From Somniosus microcephalus (Eukaryota), in contig CM126232.1 in the NCBI GenBank assembly GCA_052327205.1, forward strand, positions 27,094,001 through 27,158,000: 64,000 nucleotides of DNA, written 5' to 3'. The notes beneath the pieces were generated by a model that did not search any database, was not told the DNA's origin, and saw only the letters and a program-made list of their open reading frames with translations. A program made the position numbers and the translations under genes. Below are positions 26,911 to 40,017 of this stretch, one piece after another (within the stretch, counting starts at the first letter, position 1; each line of letters begins with the position of its first letter).

Positions 26911-27368
26911 GGACTAGATATCAACCGTTTGACATTTGGTTTCCAACTGGCTGCATGTGACTGTCCTTGGGAGACCCCAGCACTCCAGCAGTACTGGATG
27001 TGATGTGTTGTGTGCCCTTTTGTAGCTGCTACTGCACATCAGTAGCTGGAAACCATTGATTCATTAGTGGGAGGCAATAAAACTCCCTCTACATGTCTGA
27101 AATTGAAGTGATGACAAAGCAGCAGCTCAAGACCAACCAAAGAAAGGTGGCTCTCCGATGCCCACGGAATTCCAGAGATGCCTTGTACGTTAGCAGGACA
27201 CAAGACCAATGTAAGTGAGCCTGTAGACATGCCAGCAAGGATCTCCCCACCCATCCCAACTTGCCTCTCCTGAAGGCACCAACTGGTGTTCCGATAGGTT
27301 TATAGGTACCAAATTACCTCAGTAACTGGTCATTCATCAGCAAGTGGTGGGAGGTTATTCAACTCTGA

Positions 27369-27687
27369 GGCAGCACGGTGGCATAGTGGTTAGCACTGTT
27401 GCCTCACAGCGCCAGGGACCCGGGTTTGAATCCGGCCTCGGGTGACTGTCTGTGTGGAGTTTGCACATTCTCCCCGTGTTTGCGTGGGCTTCCTCCGGGT
27501 GCTCCGGTTTCCTCCCACAGTCCAAAGATGTGTAGGTTAGGTTGATTGACTATGATAAATTGACCCTTAGTGTTAGGGGGATTAAATACGTGGGGTTACA
27601 GGGATAGGGTGGGATATGTGTCGGTGCAGGCTCGATGGGCCGAAATGGCCTCTATCTGCACTCTGGGGTTTCTGTGATTCTGTGATT
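27369..27687 (+). mobile_element. tRNA-derived V-SINE (HE1-like), near full length
   Basis: GGCAGCACGGTGGCATAGTGG head, V-domain and CR1-like tail; highly similar to 25827-26168. Confidence 0.92.
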
Positions 27688-27785
27688 ACAACCAAGTCAA
27701 CGCTCTCACTCCAGCAGTGGTCAGTGTACCATTAAGAACAGGAACCACAGACAACTCTTTTTTCCCCCTCCCTTCCTTCCTCCTC

Positions 27786-27941
27786 CAACGTCCCCGTTAA
27801 GCTGAGGGGCCACGTAGAGGACTGGAGGCTCCACGCAGGCCACTCAGCAGCTTCACAATGGAATAACTGCATGCGTGGAAATTTGAATGGGCTGTGCACC
27901 TAAAAAAAAGTGGGGGGGGGGGGGGGGGGGGGAAGACATTG
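27786..27941. mobile_element. Degraded hAT-like MITE
   Basis: CAACGTCCCCGTTAAGCTG ... AGACATTG; interior gcatgcgtggaaatttgaatgggc shared with the family. Confidence 0.6.
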
Positions 27942-30900
27942 CCCACCCCCAGCTCAGACCAACTGTAGTACACCTGACACCGGCTAACTCAGCACATAGA
28001 TCGGCCAATCAAACAAACCTGGGTCCTTACCAGCCGATTCTCACTGGGCACCAATTGTTTTACTTAATTGGAGGGCAATACCACTTACTTGACACGATCT
28101 GCCAAAATAAAATTAAAAAATACACCTTTGCATGGTGTAAGTAGTCAAACAAAAATGTCAATTTATTACATGGCGAAAAAAAGAGAAAATATTAACTTAA
28201 TCCGTTAATCAAAGGCCATTAACCACACTAGTCGCTAAGTTTACTATTGCTGGCCAGTGGAGTTCACCAAGCTGCCTGAATAGCACAGCATCATACAATC
28301 ATCAATAGAAACACAAGGAGTGAAGAAGACTGCAGCGTTGTGAAGGACTGGATTAGTTAGCACGTCCCCGCTGCATGTCCTTGCACGCAGTAGTGTTCTC
28401 CAAGGAGTCCAAAAAAATCCAAATTGCTCCCCAAGGAGCCATAACAGCCTTTAGAACAAAAAGGCATGTCACTGTTGCGAGCCATATGAAATGACATCCT
28501 TTCCTCTCCGGAGGGAAGCATTTCTCTACCAGAGTTGGGATTTCTTTGTCGGGATTTACTGGAGCTCAACGCCTCAGCGTGTGCTGCTAGCTTAATCAAT
28601 CAAATTACTTTGAAACTTTATAATGCTGACAGAAGGGTGCAATGACACTTTTTCAGCCACCCTCCATTTTTTTAAAAAGGGACAATAAAGAAAGAAACAG
28701 TACAACACAGACAGGCACCCGAAATTAAGGGTGAAGCCATGACAACAGTTCCGGTCATAGTAAACTGAAAATTCTTCGGCTGTCTGCGCAGTGAGGGAAA
28801 GTAGAGAGAGACACTGTAAAGACACTGATTATATTAATACAGGGCTCGCAATATCGCACAGGACGGTTACTCCTGGCAGGCGCAAACCTGAAATGGACCG
28901 AATGTAAAAGGAGGGACAAAGACGACGACAAAGATAAAGCACGTTTCCTACTGGGGGAAAAAAAAAGGAAGGAAGCCCTCACAAAAACAGATCAGATATT
29001 GCACATCTGTCTTTTAATGTTGGATTCTTTCTACGAGTTGAATTCAGGGACAAGGAGAGACAGACACAGGAGAGGGAAAGGGAATGTCCTGTCGCAAGGA
29101 TGGCCAACACCCACCCTGGTACAAATGAGAATACTTATTAAATTTTGCGGCACCAAATTTAGATGGACATGGGGTTATTACTACATCTGGATATCATAAA
29201 AATAAGTTTGAATTTCATTATGTATTCAGGAACACACCAAGTGCAGCATTTCTTGTTCATTTCCTCCATATAAAAACTCCTGTTTTACCTTGAGAAACGT
29301 TAGCCTAGGAGATATGCACTGCGAGCCTGTGCCAGAGCTCATTGAGATACTGGCTTTTTTTTTTAAATAGCTCTGCTGTAACTACTGAGATACGATGATC
29401 TTTGCAGCTTGCAATGCACGCTCAGGAGTGGAGAATGTTTGGCGGGGAGGGGCGAGATTTTAACGTGACTGTTCATGACTGGCAAGGCTGGTGGGAGGGC
29501 CACTGGGTCAGCTTCCCAATATAGGCAGGCATGCCATTCTGCCTGTGGATTGAAGCTCTGGGACATGGAGGGCTAGTGCACAACACAAAGGGACGCGAGA
29601 CAAGCGAGCTCAATGTGTAGGACAACATGGCCCTTTAAACCTTCACTACTTCATACAAGGTGACAAGAAGTGGGTGTTTCCTTTTGGGTGGGGGGAGGGG
29701 AAGGGGAAATCATAAATGATTCTGTCTGTTGCAGTCATCACGCAGGTGAGGCAGAAAGGATTTTCTCTTAGAGTCAGTTAATGGGTGCAAACAAGTGGCG
29801 CATCACATTTCAATTAAATCCATGACTGGGTTAGTGTTTTCTTCAATTTCCAATAACAGGTCATTCTTTAACTGGCATATACAGCACAGTAAAACCACTG
29901 CACGGCCAGATACTCTGTCTAGCAACAAACTGTCAGCTAGCAAAAAACTCCCAGTAACATTTTTTTTTTTTTAAATCAGAAAGGTCACTCGCTGGTCTGT
30001 CATGAGTTGGCTGATCTTAGCAGATACGCTACAACTGACCTTGGATTGAGGTCCCGGGGAGGGGAAACAAAAAAAAAAAAAAGTGATGCCTTACATTGCC
30101 AAATAGCCACCCAAAAATCTTCACAGGCTTGCTCATGAAGGGCTATTATCGGAAGACTGCCATCATCTGTGGAACCATACCCCACAGTATGGGCCAATGC
30201 TTTCATGAGGCCAATGGGGTATTCCCGTGCGCAAAATGGCTGCTCTGATCACCTGCATTATCCGAGGTTCAGTCAGCTGTGAAATGGCTCTTGAGCACGT
30301 CCTATAAAATTAGGACGTCTGCCTCCAGCTCCAGGACTGGTTTCCTTCGCTCCCAAGCGCAAATTAATACAGCACGCCACTTCTTTTGAAACTGTTTTTA
30401 TTTTTCCAACTTAAAAAGATCTGCAGCTCTTTCATAATCTGCTCGATGCCAAGGCAGTAAAAGAACAAATGCTCAACCAGAGCTGGAGAAACTTTCCCAA
30501 CATACTGTTATTGGAATACAAAAAGCAAACACCAAGAGAACACTTCTTTCGTTACCTTCAGTTACACACTCACTCACTTGCCATCTCAAAGGGTTGGCAG
30601 TGGATCACTGAAGGTAGAAGCAATACAATTTTCTTGAAAGCCACAAAGCACATTTCCAAGCCTGTTTTTAAGAGCATCCCTCCCCCAGAAGGCGTCAACT
30701 CATGTTCATGTCAGGCTCCATGAGTGGCGGTCACTAACTCACCAACGGGCCATTCACTCACATTTAAGCCGGATAGGAAGGCGGTCTGTTCAACCGAGGG
30801 GGCCATCACGGTCACCGCGAATTCTGCCCTCACCAGATAACTGCGCGCGCGCACAAGCCTTTCAGCAGGAGCTACTGGATAGCGACCGGGAGTCAGAACA

Positions 30901-32714
30901 AGGGTGGATTTGCTGTAGCACAGGAGCAATGAGGCCTCTTTCAGCACCATCACTATTGCTCCTGTTGAAAATGGGCACATGCAGCACAGAAAAGCTAAAC
31001 TGCACTTGGGCCCCTTCTAGTCTTTGACTCAGTAGCACAGTGCAGTTGTTAAAGTAAATGAAAGATACTCCCACCTCGTTGTCTAAAAAAATCCATTGTC
31101 CTCCTTCAGATCCACGAACCCCATTCCTTCCCCGCAAGGGAAGGCTGCAGCTAGCTCAGAACCTCTGCCAATCCTAAACTACATAGGGAGGAGGGAGAGA
31201 TGCCTCATTTCCTTTGCTATTGTGGGAATTCAGCAGGTACGAACATCCACACTCGATGGTCAAGCACAACACTGACCTTCAAAATTCACTCTGAATGCTC
31301 TCCGCACTGACAGAACATCAATTACAAACAGTAACACTGGGAAGTCCATTTAAAAAATATATATAAATAGCCCTTGGACTTGGAGATGTAAGCAGCCTGG
31401 GATGTTATCACTGTTTTGCTGCTCGGGCTATGACATTTAAATCATGCACATCTAGATCAATAATGCTGCGATTGTCTCTTACAAAAAAAAAACACCTTCA
31501 GCCACAACTGGTCAGCAAAGTTAGTAGATTTTCTCAAATACAGCCTGGTTTTGCTCAGGGGTGGGGGGTGTTTGCGCGTGTGTGTTGGGGGGGGGGGGGG
31601 GGGGTTGGAGAGATAGAGAAAGCTCCCATCTCTCCATCTGGCTGGCTTTAATTTCCTCCTTTTCAATTGGCTACAGCAGCTCATCTGCTGCCTGTTCAGA
31701 ACAGGAAACCGAGGTATCAGCTGATGACCTTCCAAAATGCTAATTTGGCTCTCCATATGGCTACGCATTAATACAGTTATCACAACAGTGGAGAAGAACA
31801 CGGGGGCCTCAAATTGAAACCTCATCCGCGCGCGCATCTCCATCTGAATCGCACCTCCAGCTAAAAATGAACACATGCTGCGAAACATTATCCTTCACAC
31901 GAGCATGCGACGGTACTGTGCTCCCATTGTCTGCCACAAAAACACCCAACCCGAGCTGCACATATGCAAAGCCAGGGCAAAGACTCCACAGCGCCCGACA
32001 AAGCTGCGTGAAGTGCAATCAGTCTCCTTTGATAGCCCCATCTTTAAAAAGAGCCAAGTGCATTCTCCATTGTAGTAGCTGGCTTAATCCCATTCTTCTG
32101 GGCCTCAAGTGCGTATTGGTGTGCAATAGCTCAAGCGTGACAGCCATCAAACCAGCTCCTGCCGCACGAATGCTCCAAGGCCCGATGCTGTGCTGAAGCA
32201 GTTACTGCACTATTCTGGGCTATCTGGTTTGTTACCAGTCTCTAAATATTCACTGCTGCAGCACACGTTCTGTAACACTCACTATAGTAGCTGTGTTCTC
32301 AGAAATTAAAGCTCCAAGCAACACATTCACGTGTTAAAAATAACAGTTCACCCCAAGGTTAACAAAAATGTCCGGGAAGAACAGTAAATTTTAACCAAGT
32401 ATTGAAGTGTATTTGAGGGGAGTGGGGTGGGAAAGTGTTAAAGAAAAACTTCAGAAACTGAAGTAAAGTTGTAAAAATAAAATTGAAAACAAGCACTCAA
32501 TGCAGCCTTGCTGCTCTCAAGTACAGGTACGAGGTATAATTCAACAGTTAGCAGCCCAAACTATAGGTACAGCTGATGGAGACATTCAAAACTGTATAGG
32601 AACTGGAAACCCAATGTAAAAACCTTGTCTATTTACACTCAGTTTTAATCCACCACATAACCATTTTTGGTTTATTTTCTAGATCCTTCAAGTCAGATTG
32701 AACCGAATTCAGAT

Positions 32715-33090
32715 TAGGTTGTGGGTTCAAGTCCCACTCCAGAGAAGAGCACACAAATCTAGGCCGACATGCCCAGCGCCAGTACGGAGGGAGTGCTGCA
32801 CTGTTGGAGGGGTCGTCTACCCTCAGGTGGATGTCAAAGATCCCGTGGCATTATTTCAAAGGGCAGGGGATTTCTTCCCCAGTGTCCTGGGCCAATATTG
32901 ATCACTCAATCATCACAAACAGATTATCTGGTCATTTGATCTGTGTGGGAGCTTGCTGTGCGCAAATTGGCTGCCGCATTTCAGACATAACAGTGACTAC
33001 ACTTCAAAAAGTACTTCATTGGCCGTAAAAGGGCTTTGGGGCATCCAGTGGTCGTGAAGGGCGCTATAGAAATGCAAGTCAGTCTTTCTT
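32715..33090 (+). mobile_element. DeuSINE (SacSINE1-like)
   Basis: B-box-like gggttcaagtccc, Deu domain, L2-like tail gcgctatagaaatgcaagtc. Confidence 0.85.
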
Positions 33091-33754
33091 TCAGATCGAG
33101 GCAACATTCTCAGGGTAATTCAGTTTTATTTGAAATCAAAAACTGGGGCACTTTGCTCTATAATTACAAGCAGCGCAACAGACACGAGTGTGAACTGGAG
33201 CTCATCCCTACACAATGCAGATGCTGCAGTAAAGAGCCAATCGCTAGGTTTGGAAAACCAGTTTCCCCTCCAATAGTGCAGGAGGAGCAGCCCGAAATGC
33301 AGCTCAGGTTGGGCCGTAATGGTGGTGGGGAAATGGAGACAGAAAAAAAAACCTCGGGAGTTAACATCTACCACTCATCAATGCAGCAGTTGTGTATAAT
33401 TCTCTTCCTTTTTTCAAAAAGGAAGTAACTCAAGTCTCTTAAATGACTAGTGGTGTTGGTCCCTACGCACAGATCGCTCAGCCAGCTGGGAAGACCCAGT
33501 TTTGTTTTTTTTAAACTAGCCTCAGGTAAATGCAGTATATCTTTCTATAACTCTGGGCTGCACAACACAAGGAGCAGGCAGCACCAGACCAATATAAAGT
33601 ATAGCTTAGCTTATAAACTAGACAAATCCCACCTGAAGCATTAACCGGTCTGTCACGTATTAACTAGCCTGCTGTGTATATCCAGCAACTGCAGTTTTTG
33701 CCCCTTTTCTTCATCTCTTCAAGCTTTCCTTCCACCTTTGGGTGGTCTGCCCTT

Positions 33755-34145
33755 ACTCAGTGCCTTGGAGTCAGAAGGTTGTGGGTTCAAATCCCATTCG
33801 AGACATGAGCAAAATCTAATGCTGAGGGAGTGCGGCACTGTCGGAGGTGCCATCTTTCAGAGACATTAAACCGAGGTCTTGTCTGCCCCTCTCAGGCGGA
33901 CTTAAAAGATCCGAGGGCACTATTTAGAAGAGCAGGGTAGTCCTGGCCAATATATACCCTTCAACCAACATCTAAAGCAGATTATCTGGTCATTATCACA
34001 TTGCAGTTTGTGGGACCTTGCTGTGTGCAAATTGGCTGCTGCATTTCCTACATTACAACAGTGACTACACTTCAAAAGTACTTCATTGGCTGTAAAGCGC
34101 TTTGGAACAACCTGAGGTCATGAAAGACGCTGTATAAAATGCTAA
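33755..34145 (+). mobile_element. DeuSINE (SacSINE1-like)
   Basis: gggttcaaatccc, ctgtcggaggtgccatctttc, aaaccgagg, aaaagatcc, L2-like tail. Confidence 0.85.
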
Positions 34146-36086
34146 ACAGGAATTGTTGGATATCCATCAGATAGTCTCAAACCCGGAACCCCGGCAACCA
34201 GGTATCATATCCCGATCATCTGACATCAGCCGGCTCAGTACCACCTGGAAATGGAAAATGGCATTTACTTGGGTTTATTGCTCAGCCACTCACTGAATAA
34301 ATCCCCAACACTGACTCCAAGGTCGTTCAAAATTAGAACTCCTGACATTTTTGCAGAAGAGGGTTAAAGATTCGTATTTAACGGATGGAAGAGGATATCG
34401 GGTCACGCTTCGCACGTGCATAAAAATAATTTGGGGGAGGATGTAGGAACTGAAGGTATTGAATCAAAACACACTTCGTCTATTGAAAAGGAGACAGAGC
34501 TGGTTTTTGAGTTGATCCTACTCCAACTGCCAACGTGCAAGTCTCGTGTAGCCAGCGGCAAAAGCTAAACAGAGTTTTTATATATAAATACTGGCATGGT
34601 GCTAGTCTTCAAGGCCAAGAGCAGCGGTTACCTGTGGTCGCATCGTAATGTGCTCTCATGCATATGCACTGGCCAAAAGGCCACAACCAATCTGCACGTG
34701 AACAGGATGCAGAGACTCGCGTCGCAACTGCTTTACAGTAAAACTGGCTGCAATACTGCCTGCACACAAGGTGTAAATGCAGACGAGGTGCGCACTCGGG
34801 ACACTCGCCCAAGACCTGGCTTTAATTAGATGTGCACTTTTAAAAATGACAACACTGCTCGGTGGGACAAGATTGCCTGTTTACATTTTCATTAATAATT
34901 TTTTTTTTTTTTTTTTTTTTAAATAAACTGAATTCAGCATTATAATTGATCACATTCATATTGTTGCAGTGACACATTGCAAAAGAGCAGGTTGGGTTCC
35001 GCAGTGCGCCAGAATGTTAAAACTGATAACACTTTCGCTGACAGACTGACAGGATAGTATTTTCACTTCCAAATGAAAAATTTCACTATCAAATGTACTT
35101 GCCACTTGAATGCGATTTGAATACTGCATTTCATTAACAGTTTTAATTAGTTGTTAAGACACTTCAAGATCTGAACAATGGATTGTGTGTTTGGCGGGGG
35201 GGCGGAGGGAAGAGAGAGAAAGGAAAAATTTTAATGGCAAACTCAAGCGACATGGCACATTCTACTGGATGGGAGAGGGACCGTTGATAAAAAATACTGC
35301 GATGTTTTTTCATTAAAAACACTACAAGTTACTGTTTGATGTCTGCAATCCTGTGTTAAAGAGGAAAGACAGCAGACAGAGTCCATACCTAGACTTTGAG
35401 GGGTTAGGGAGGAAGAAAGGTCTGAATTTCACACTTTCCATTTATTTTTTTACATAGCCCCAAGTCCCAGATAGTATCAGAGTTGCTCCTAAAGATGTAT
35501 TTCCATAGCTGGACGAAGCATTGCACCGTGTTTAAGGAACTTGGTAAAAATGGATCTTACCACGATATTGCGGTAATTGTTCGAGACCAGTGACTCTCCC
35601 ATGGATTCCGCAGGGGTGAAGAGACACTGGGTGCTCTCATGCAGGAAAGGAGAGATTGATGAATCGTAGAATTATGTTCAATATAATAGGGAGAATAAAG
35701 GCCCTGAAAATTGACTAAAAACAGCTATGTAATTCAGGAATGCGCTGCAGTTCCAACAATTTGATGTACCAAGGCCCAAAAACAGTGAAGCGATTGCAAA
35801 TCTCCTTTTACATTACACATCATTAAACTTGCTTTGTGGCATTTAGACAGGCAGGGGTTTTTTTTTTTTTTTTGCAAGAAAGACACTGCTATAGTTTAAT
35901 TCCATTCTTGCCTTCAAACCTTGCAGGAAATTCAGTTGTACGGATATGACTGAATGACGGCAAACTCCGGAACGGTTCTGCGGGAAAGCAGACATGCTGT
36001 ACCTCAGAAAGCAAAGCGCGCTTTAAACATCTAGGACAGCGCAATCGCAAATCCCCTTTTTAAAATTGAGAAACAAGGGTCAGGGC

Positions 36087-36242
36087 CAATGTTCACGCAA
36101 ATTGTTTTTGGGTGCGCGACCCCTTTAAGGGGACGCGGGGCCCACTCAGATTACCGCGCATGCACGGTGTTTGTCCTTGGAACACCGTTAAGCCGGCTGC
36201 ATGGGACCTGCGGATCGTTGCGAAGCTTAAAAAGGAACATTG
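36087..36242. mobile_element. hAT-like MITE
   Basis: CAATGTTC ... GAACATTG with 8-bp flanks GTCAGGGC (36079-36086) and ATCAGGGC (36243-36250). Confidence 0.82.
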
Positions 36243-36524
36243 ATCAGGGCCCATAATTCAGGACAAAAGGTTAACCGATCAGGAGGCAAAAGAGAGGTAA
36301 ATAAGACAATGCTCGGGTTTTAGAAGTGTATCGATTGCAGGAGAATGTGGCGCTTTCAGAAAAGTAGTGCCATAATTTTGACTCCAAGGAAACAATGAAT
36401 TAGAACAGGACAAGGTGAATGATTTAAACATGGTTGAGGTACTGCCAAAAACCACGCCGATATTGCCATGGCCAGCATTTATAGAATGCAACATTAAGAG
36501 GTCGCAAGAGTCGCTGTTTATCAG

Positions 36525-36770
36525 AGGAGACGCTAAACAGAGGTCCTGTGTGCCAGTTCTAGTGGACATAAAGATTCCAGGACACTATTCAAGAGGAACA
36601 GAGAGTTCTCCTATTGACCCGGCCAACATTCTTCCTTCAACCAACATCACCAAAAACCAAGATTACCCGTCAAACATTCATCTGCTGTCAATGCTCGCTC
36701 AGAACAGCGACTGCAATTTAAGAAAGTAACTTATTGGCTTCCGAGGTGCTTTGGAACAGCCAAAGGTGAT
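36525..36770 (+). mobile_element. Degraded DeuSINE
   Basis: gagacgctaaacagaggtcc...gtggacataaagattcc...ccttcaaccaacatcac. Confidence 0.7.
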
Positions 36771-36812
36771 AAGCCACTACTTAATTCAGCTTCGTTCAGA
36801 AAACACGACCGC

Positions 36813-36915
36813 CAATGTTCCCCCTAAGCTGCGCACCGATCGCGAGGCCCCGCGCAAGTCGCTCACGGGCAGTTCCACTGGAAGAGATACGGCACAGCAA
36901 ATTTAAAAGGGCCCA
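36813..36915. mobile_element. hAT-like MITE, one end only
   Basis: CAATGTTCCCCCTAAGCTGCGC TIR; the other end is not recognisable. Confidence 0.6.
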
Positions 36916-37764
36916 TGTTTGGGGGGGGGGGGGGGGGGGGGGAAATTGAGGCTACAGCTTTGCCGCATCACTGTGGAAGTCAGACTTGGAACTCTCCGAC
37001 TGGCAAAACATAGCTGGGCCAACAGGCATAGAGCTTGCATGAACCCAAGGGACCAGATTTCATAGGGCTTTGAATATCAAACACTTGCCATTGTACACTG
37101 GGAGAGTTCTGAAGCTAGAATGAGCACTCAAAATAATAGGCCCATCAAATGTACAAGGGCCCCAAGTCTCAATGCACAAGCAACCCTTGATCTTGGGCCT
37201 CTGGTTTGCACTCGTGGTATAGTAGGAATTTACTGCACAAGTGGAGGTTCGCGGAGCTTTCATTACTAAATCCTACCTACAGGCAGCTCTAAAATGCACT
37301 AAATCCTATAGTAATGATTGAGGGATCCATTAATCATGTACATAACTTATGGTCAAGACTACACAAGCCCACCAAAGCCACGTGAGCACCTTTGATCATG
37401 CACCAAAACAGTACTGCACCCATACATAATACAAAAGGTACCAGGTTTAATCCCCAATCTCACCTAAGGTAGTGGAGGTCAGGGGGAGGGAAAGAAAGAT
37501 AATAAAAAGTCAACCAAGTATCTCGATTTCTATCCAGGAACTCGGACTGGAAAGTGTCCACGTGTGGGTATCAAGCTTAGCTGTGATGCTTCCTATGGAA
37601 TAGGCTAAAGGCAATTGCTGCTTGGGCACCATGACTGCAATGTCCAGGGACCCCTGAACCCAAGCACCACACTCACTAACCAGTTATGTTGGGGCTGGTT
37701 GGACTCCACTTGGAGAGCCTGGAGGAAGCAGCATCAGCATTGTTCACGCGCCAGTCGAGGCCCA

Positions 37765-37882
37765 ATGACCCCGTTACGCTCCGCGCAGCCGGCTCGCCCG
37801 CGTTTGAGCAGGAAAAACACGCACGCGCGGAAAGTTGAATGGGCCGCGCGGCACAAAAAATAATTAATTACAGGGAACATTG
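37765..37882. mobile_element. hAT-like MITE
   Basis: caatgaccccgttacgct ... ttacagggaacattg; CpG-rich interior. Confidence 0.65.
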
Positions 37883-38407
37883 CCTGGGACCCAGGAAAAT
37901 TCTGATCTAAACAGTGGGAGGCATGGAGCGTGCCTCAGTTTGTATTGGTCGCAGTCAGTTCCTGCCGGCATTATGTACAGACAATGCGAAAAGTGCCTGT
38001 AAGTTCACACACAAAGGCTGCTTGGGCAAAATGCAGAAGGAGCTCAATTCACCCAAATGAAATCAGTGCCTTCAGATTAAATGGTGAGAAACAGACATTT
38101 CTAACAAATCAATCTTGTGCCAAATACAGCTGCCCACCAGAGTGTGATATTTGAGGGCAAGGGGTTGGGAATGGAAGGCGAGAAGGGGGAAGGTGTTCGG
38201 CTCCCTGCATCTCCGATACAGAAACACGAAATTGCACCTCTTTATTTTAGCAAGCTGTAAAACTTGTCGTTAAAAAATTACCAGATTAGAACAACTAGCT
38301 CCTCAAGCTGCCGATATTCCCTTGCGTTAAGGATTGCAAACAAGCCCCTGGGTGTTCATTTTTCATCTCAGAAAACGAGCATTAGAAGCTTCAAAGCCGC
38401 TGCTTTG

Positions 38408-38409
<2 letters not shown>

Positions 38410-38490
<81 letters not shown>
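38410..38490. repeat. (GA)n microsatellite with a short GGGA interruption
   Basis: Read directly. Confidence 0.98.
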
Positions 38491-38491
<1 letters not shown>

Positions 38492-40017
38492 AGGATCCGG
38501 GTAAAGACAAAGCAATATTTGAACAATACTTAATCAGTATTTGAGATGGAGGATTAGAGGGCCTCCAGGCTTTGCATCAGTCAGTCATTGGCTCTGGACT
38601 GCGGAAGCAGCTCAGGGAAAATTAGGGACGGGTGTCAGGGCAAGTTCAGTTTGACAATAGTGGATGTTTAAACCCAGTCAGGGCCATGAAAAGCTTCAGT
38701 TCTCTCTTTCAAATTCGGTTTTCAGCTCTGGCTCAATCTGTCCCATGCTATCCTTAGTAGCAACTATCAGCATTTCATTCCTCTCCTGAAGGTCACACCT
38801 CCTCTTCCCTCTCCCACTTGGTTAAAAAAAAGATGTCAGTCGGAAGCAAGATCCATTCAGGCAACTTGCCCTGCCTCGTTAAGTAGTACCAGAAAATTGG
38901 ATTTTAACAATCCACCAGCGTACTTCACATCTCTCTCCTCCCCGGCCTATATTTGGATAGCAGGCACGAAGGTGCAATCCACGGCGGATTTTATGTCTTG
39001 CTCGAAATCCCTGGGCTCCCGACAAGTTTGGACCACCCAAACAAGCTTCACAAGTGCCACCTACACATCGGAGACAGCAGCAGCTAGTTTACATCTACAT
39101 GCAGTGTGCCAAAAGAAGACGGGAGTTCATAAATTTTACTTTGAGGGAAGCAGGGAGATGAGATTATGTTATTTAATTCACCAACTTTAAAAATAAACTA
39201 ATCCAATTTACAAAAATGACTAAGGAGCTGCGACTTTCAAAAAAAAAAGGTTGCGAACAGTTTCACAGTAAATAAAGCTTATCTGGGCCAATTCCAAACA
39301 TTTGCCGTCAAAGCAGTCAGGCAATTATAGAACAAACTGGACCACCAGCCCCACACAGCTCTCGATAAACAATTAAAACCTTCATCCACAGCAAACCCAG
39401 CTAAACAAACAGCCAAATCCCACTGCTCAGTTTACACGGGGGTGCTAAATGAACACGGCTCCGGGTTCCACGCAACCTTGGGCTGCAAGCAGCAGTCTCC
39501 ACTACAGAGTGAGAACATTTATGGGGAGAGGAGTTGAGGAAGCGACGAGGAACTGGACCGTCACCAAACTTGCGTCATTGTAACCGGAATATTAAACAAA
39601 AATCAAGCCCAATAGTAGGAGGACCTTACACTTGCACCACTGCTACTTCACTCGCAAAGGGGGGGGGGGGGGGGGGCTGCCATTTTCTTGTGCCAGAGGG
39701 TGGGCGGACCTGACCACCTATGTGGACCAACAGTGGTCCTTTGGCATCGCTGGCCAGTTAATGGCTTCATGACAGCGGATAAGGTGTGCAGTCAAATGCA
39801 ATGAGGAAAATTGCAATTTGGAGTGGCGCAATCTTGCACGTGTCTGTTCACAACCGTCACCAACCTCAAGCAATCTTGAAGTATAGAACAAGTGAATTCA
39901 AAGCACAGGCAGCCACACTACATGATGAGTCACTGTTAGGGCATAATTCATCAGGAAAGTGGGTTGAAGCATGTCAATTGTAAAAAAAAAATTGGGGGGG
40001 ATGGGGTGCTATTCAAT

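Noticed and set aside
30940-30960. REST/RE1 site (TTCAGCACC)
   Set aside because: Only the left half-site is present; GGACAG is missing.
38264-38533. ORF with poly-RE
   Set aside because: Translation of a (GA)n microsatellite.
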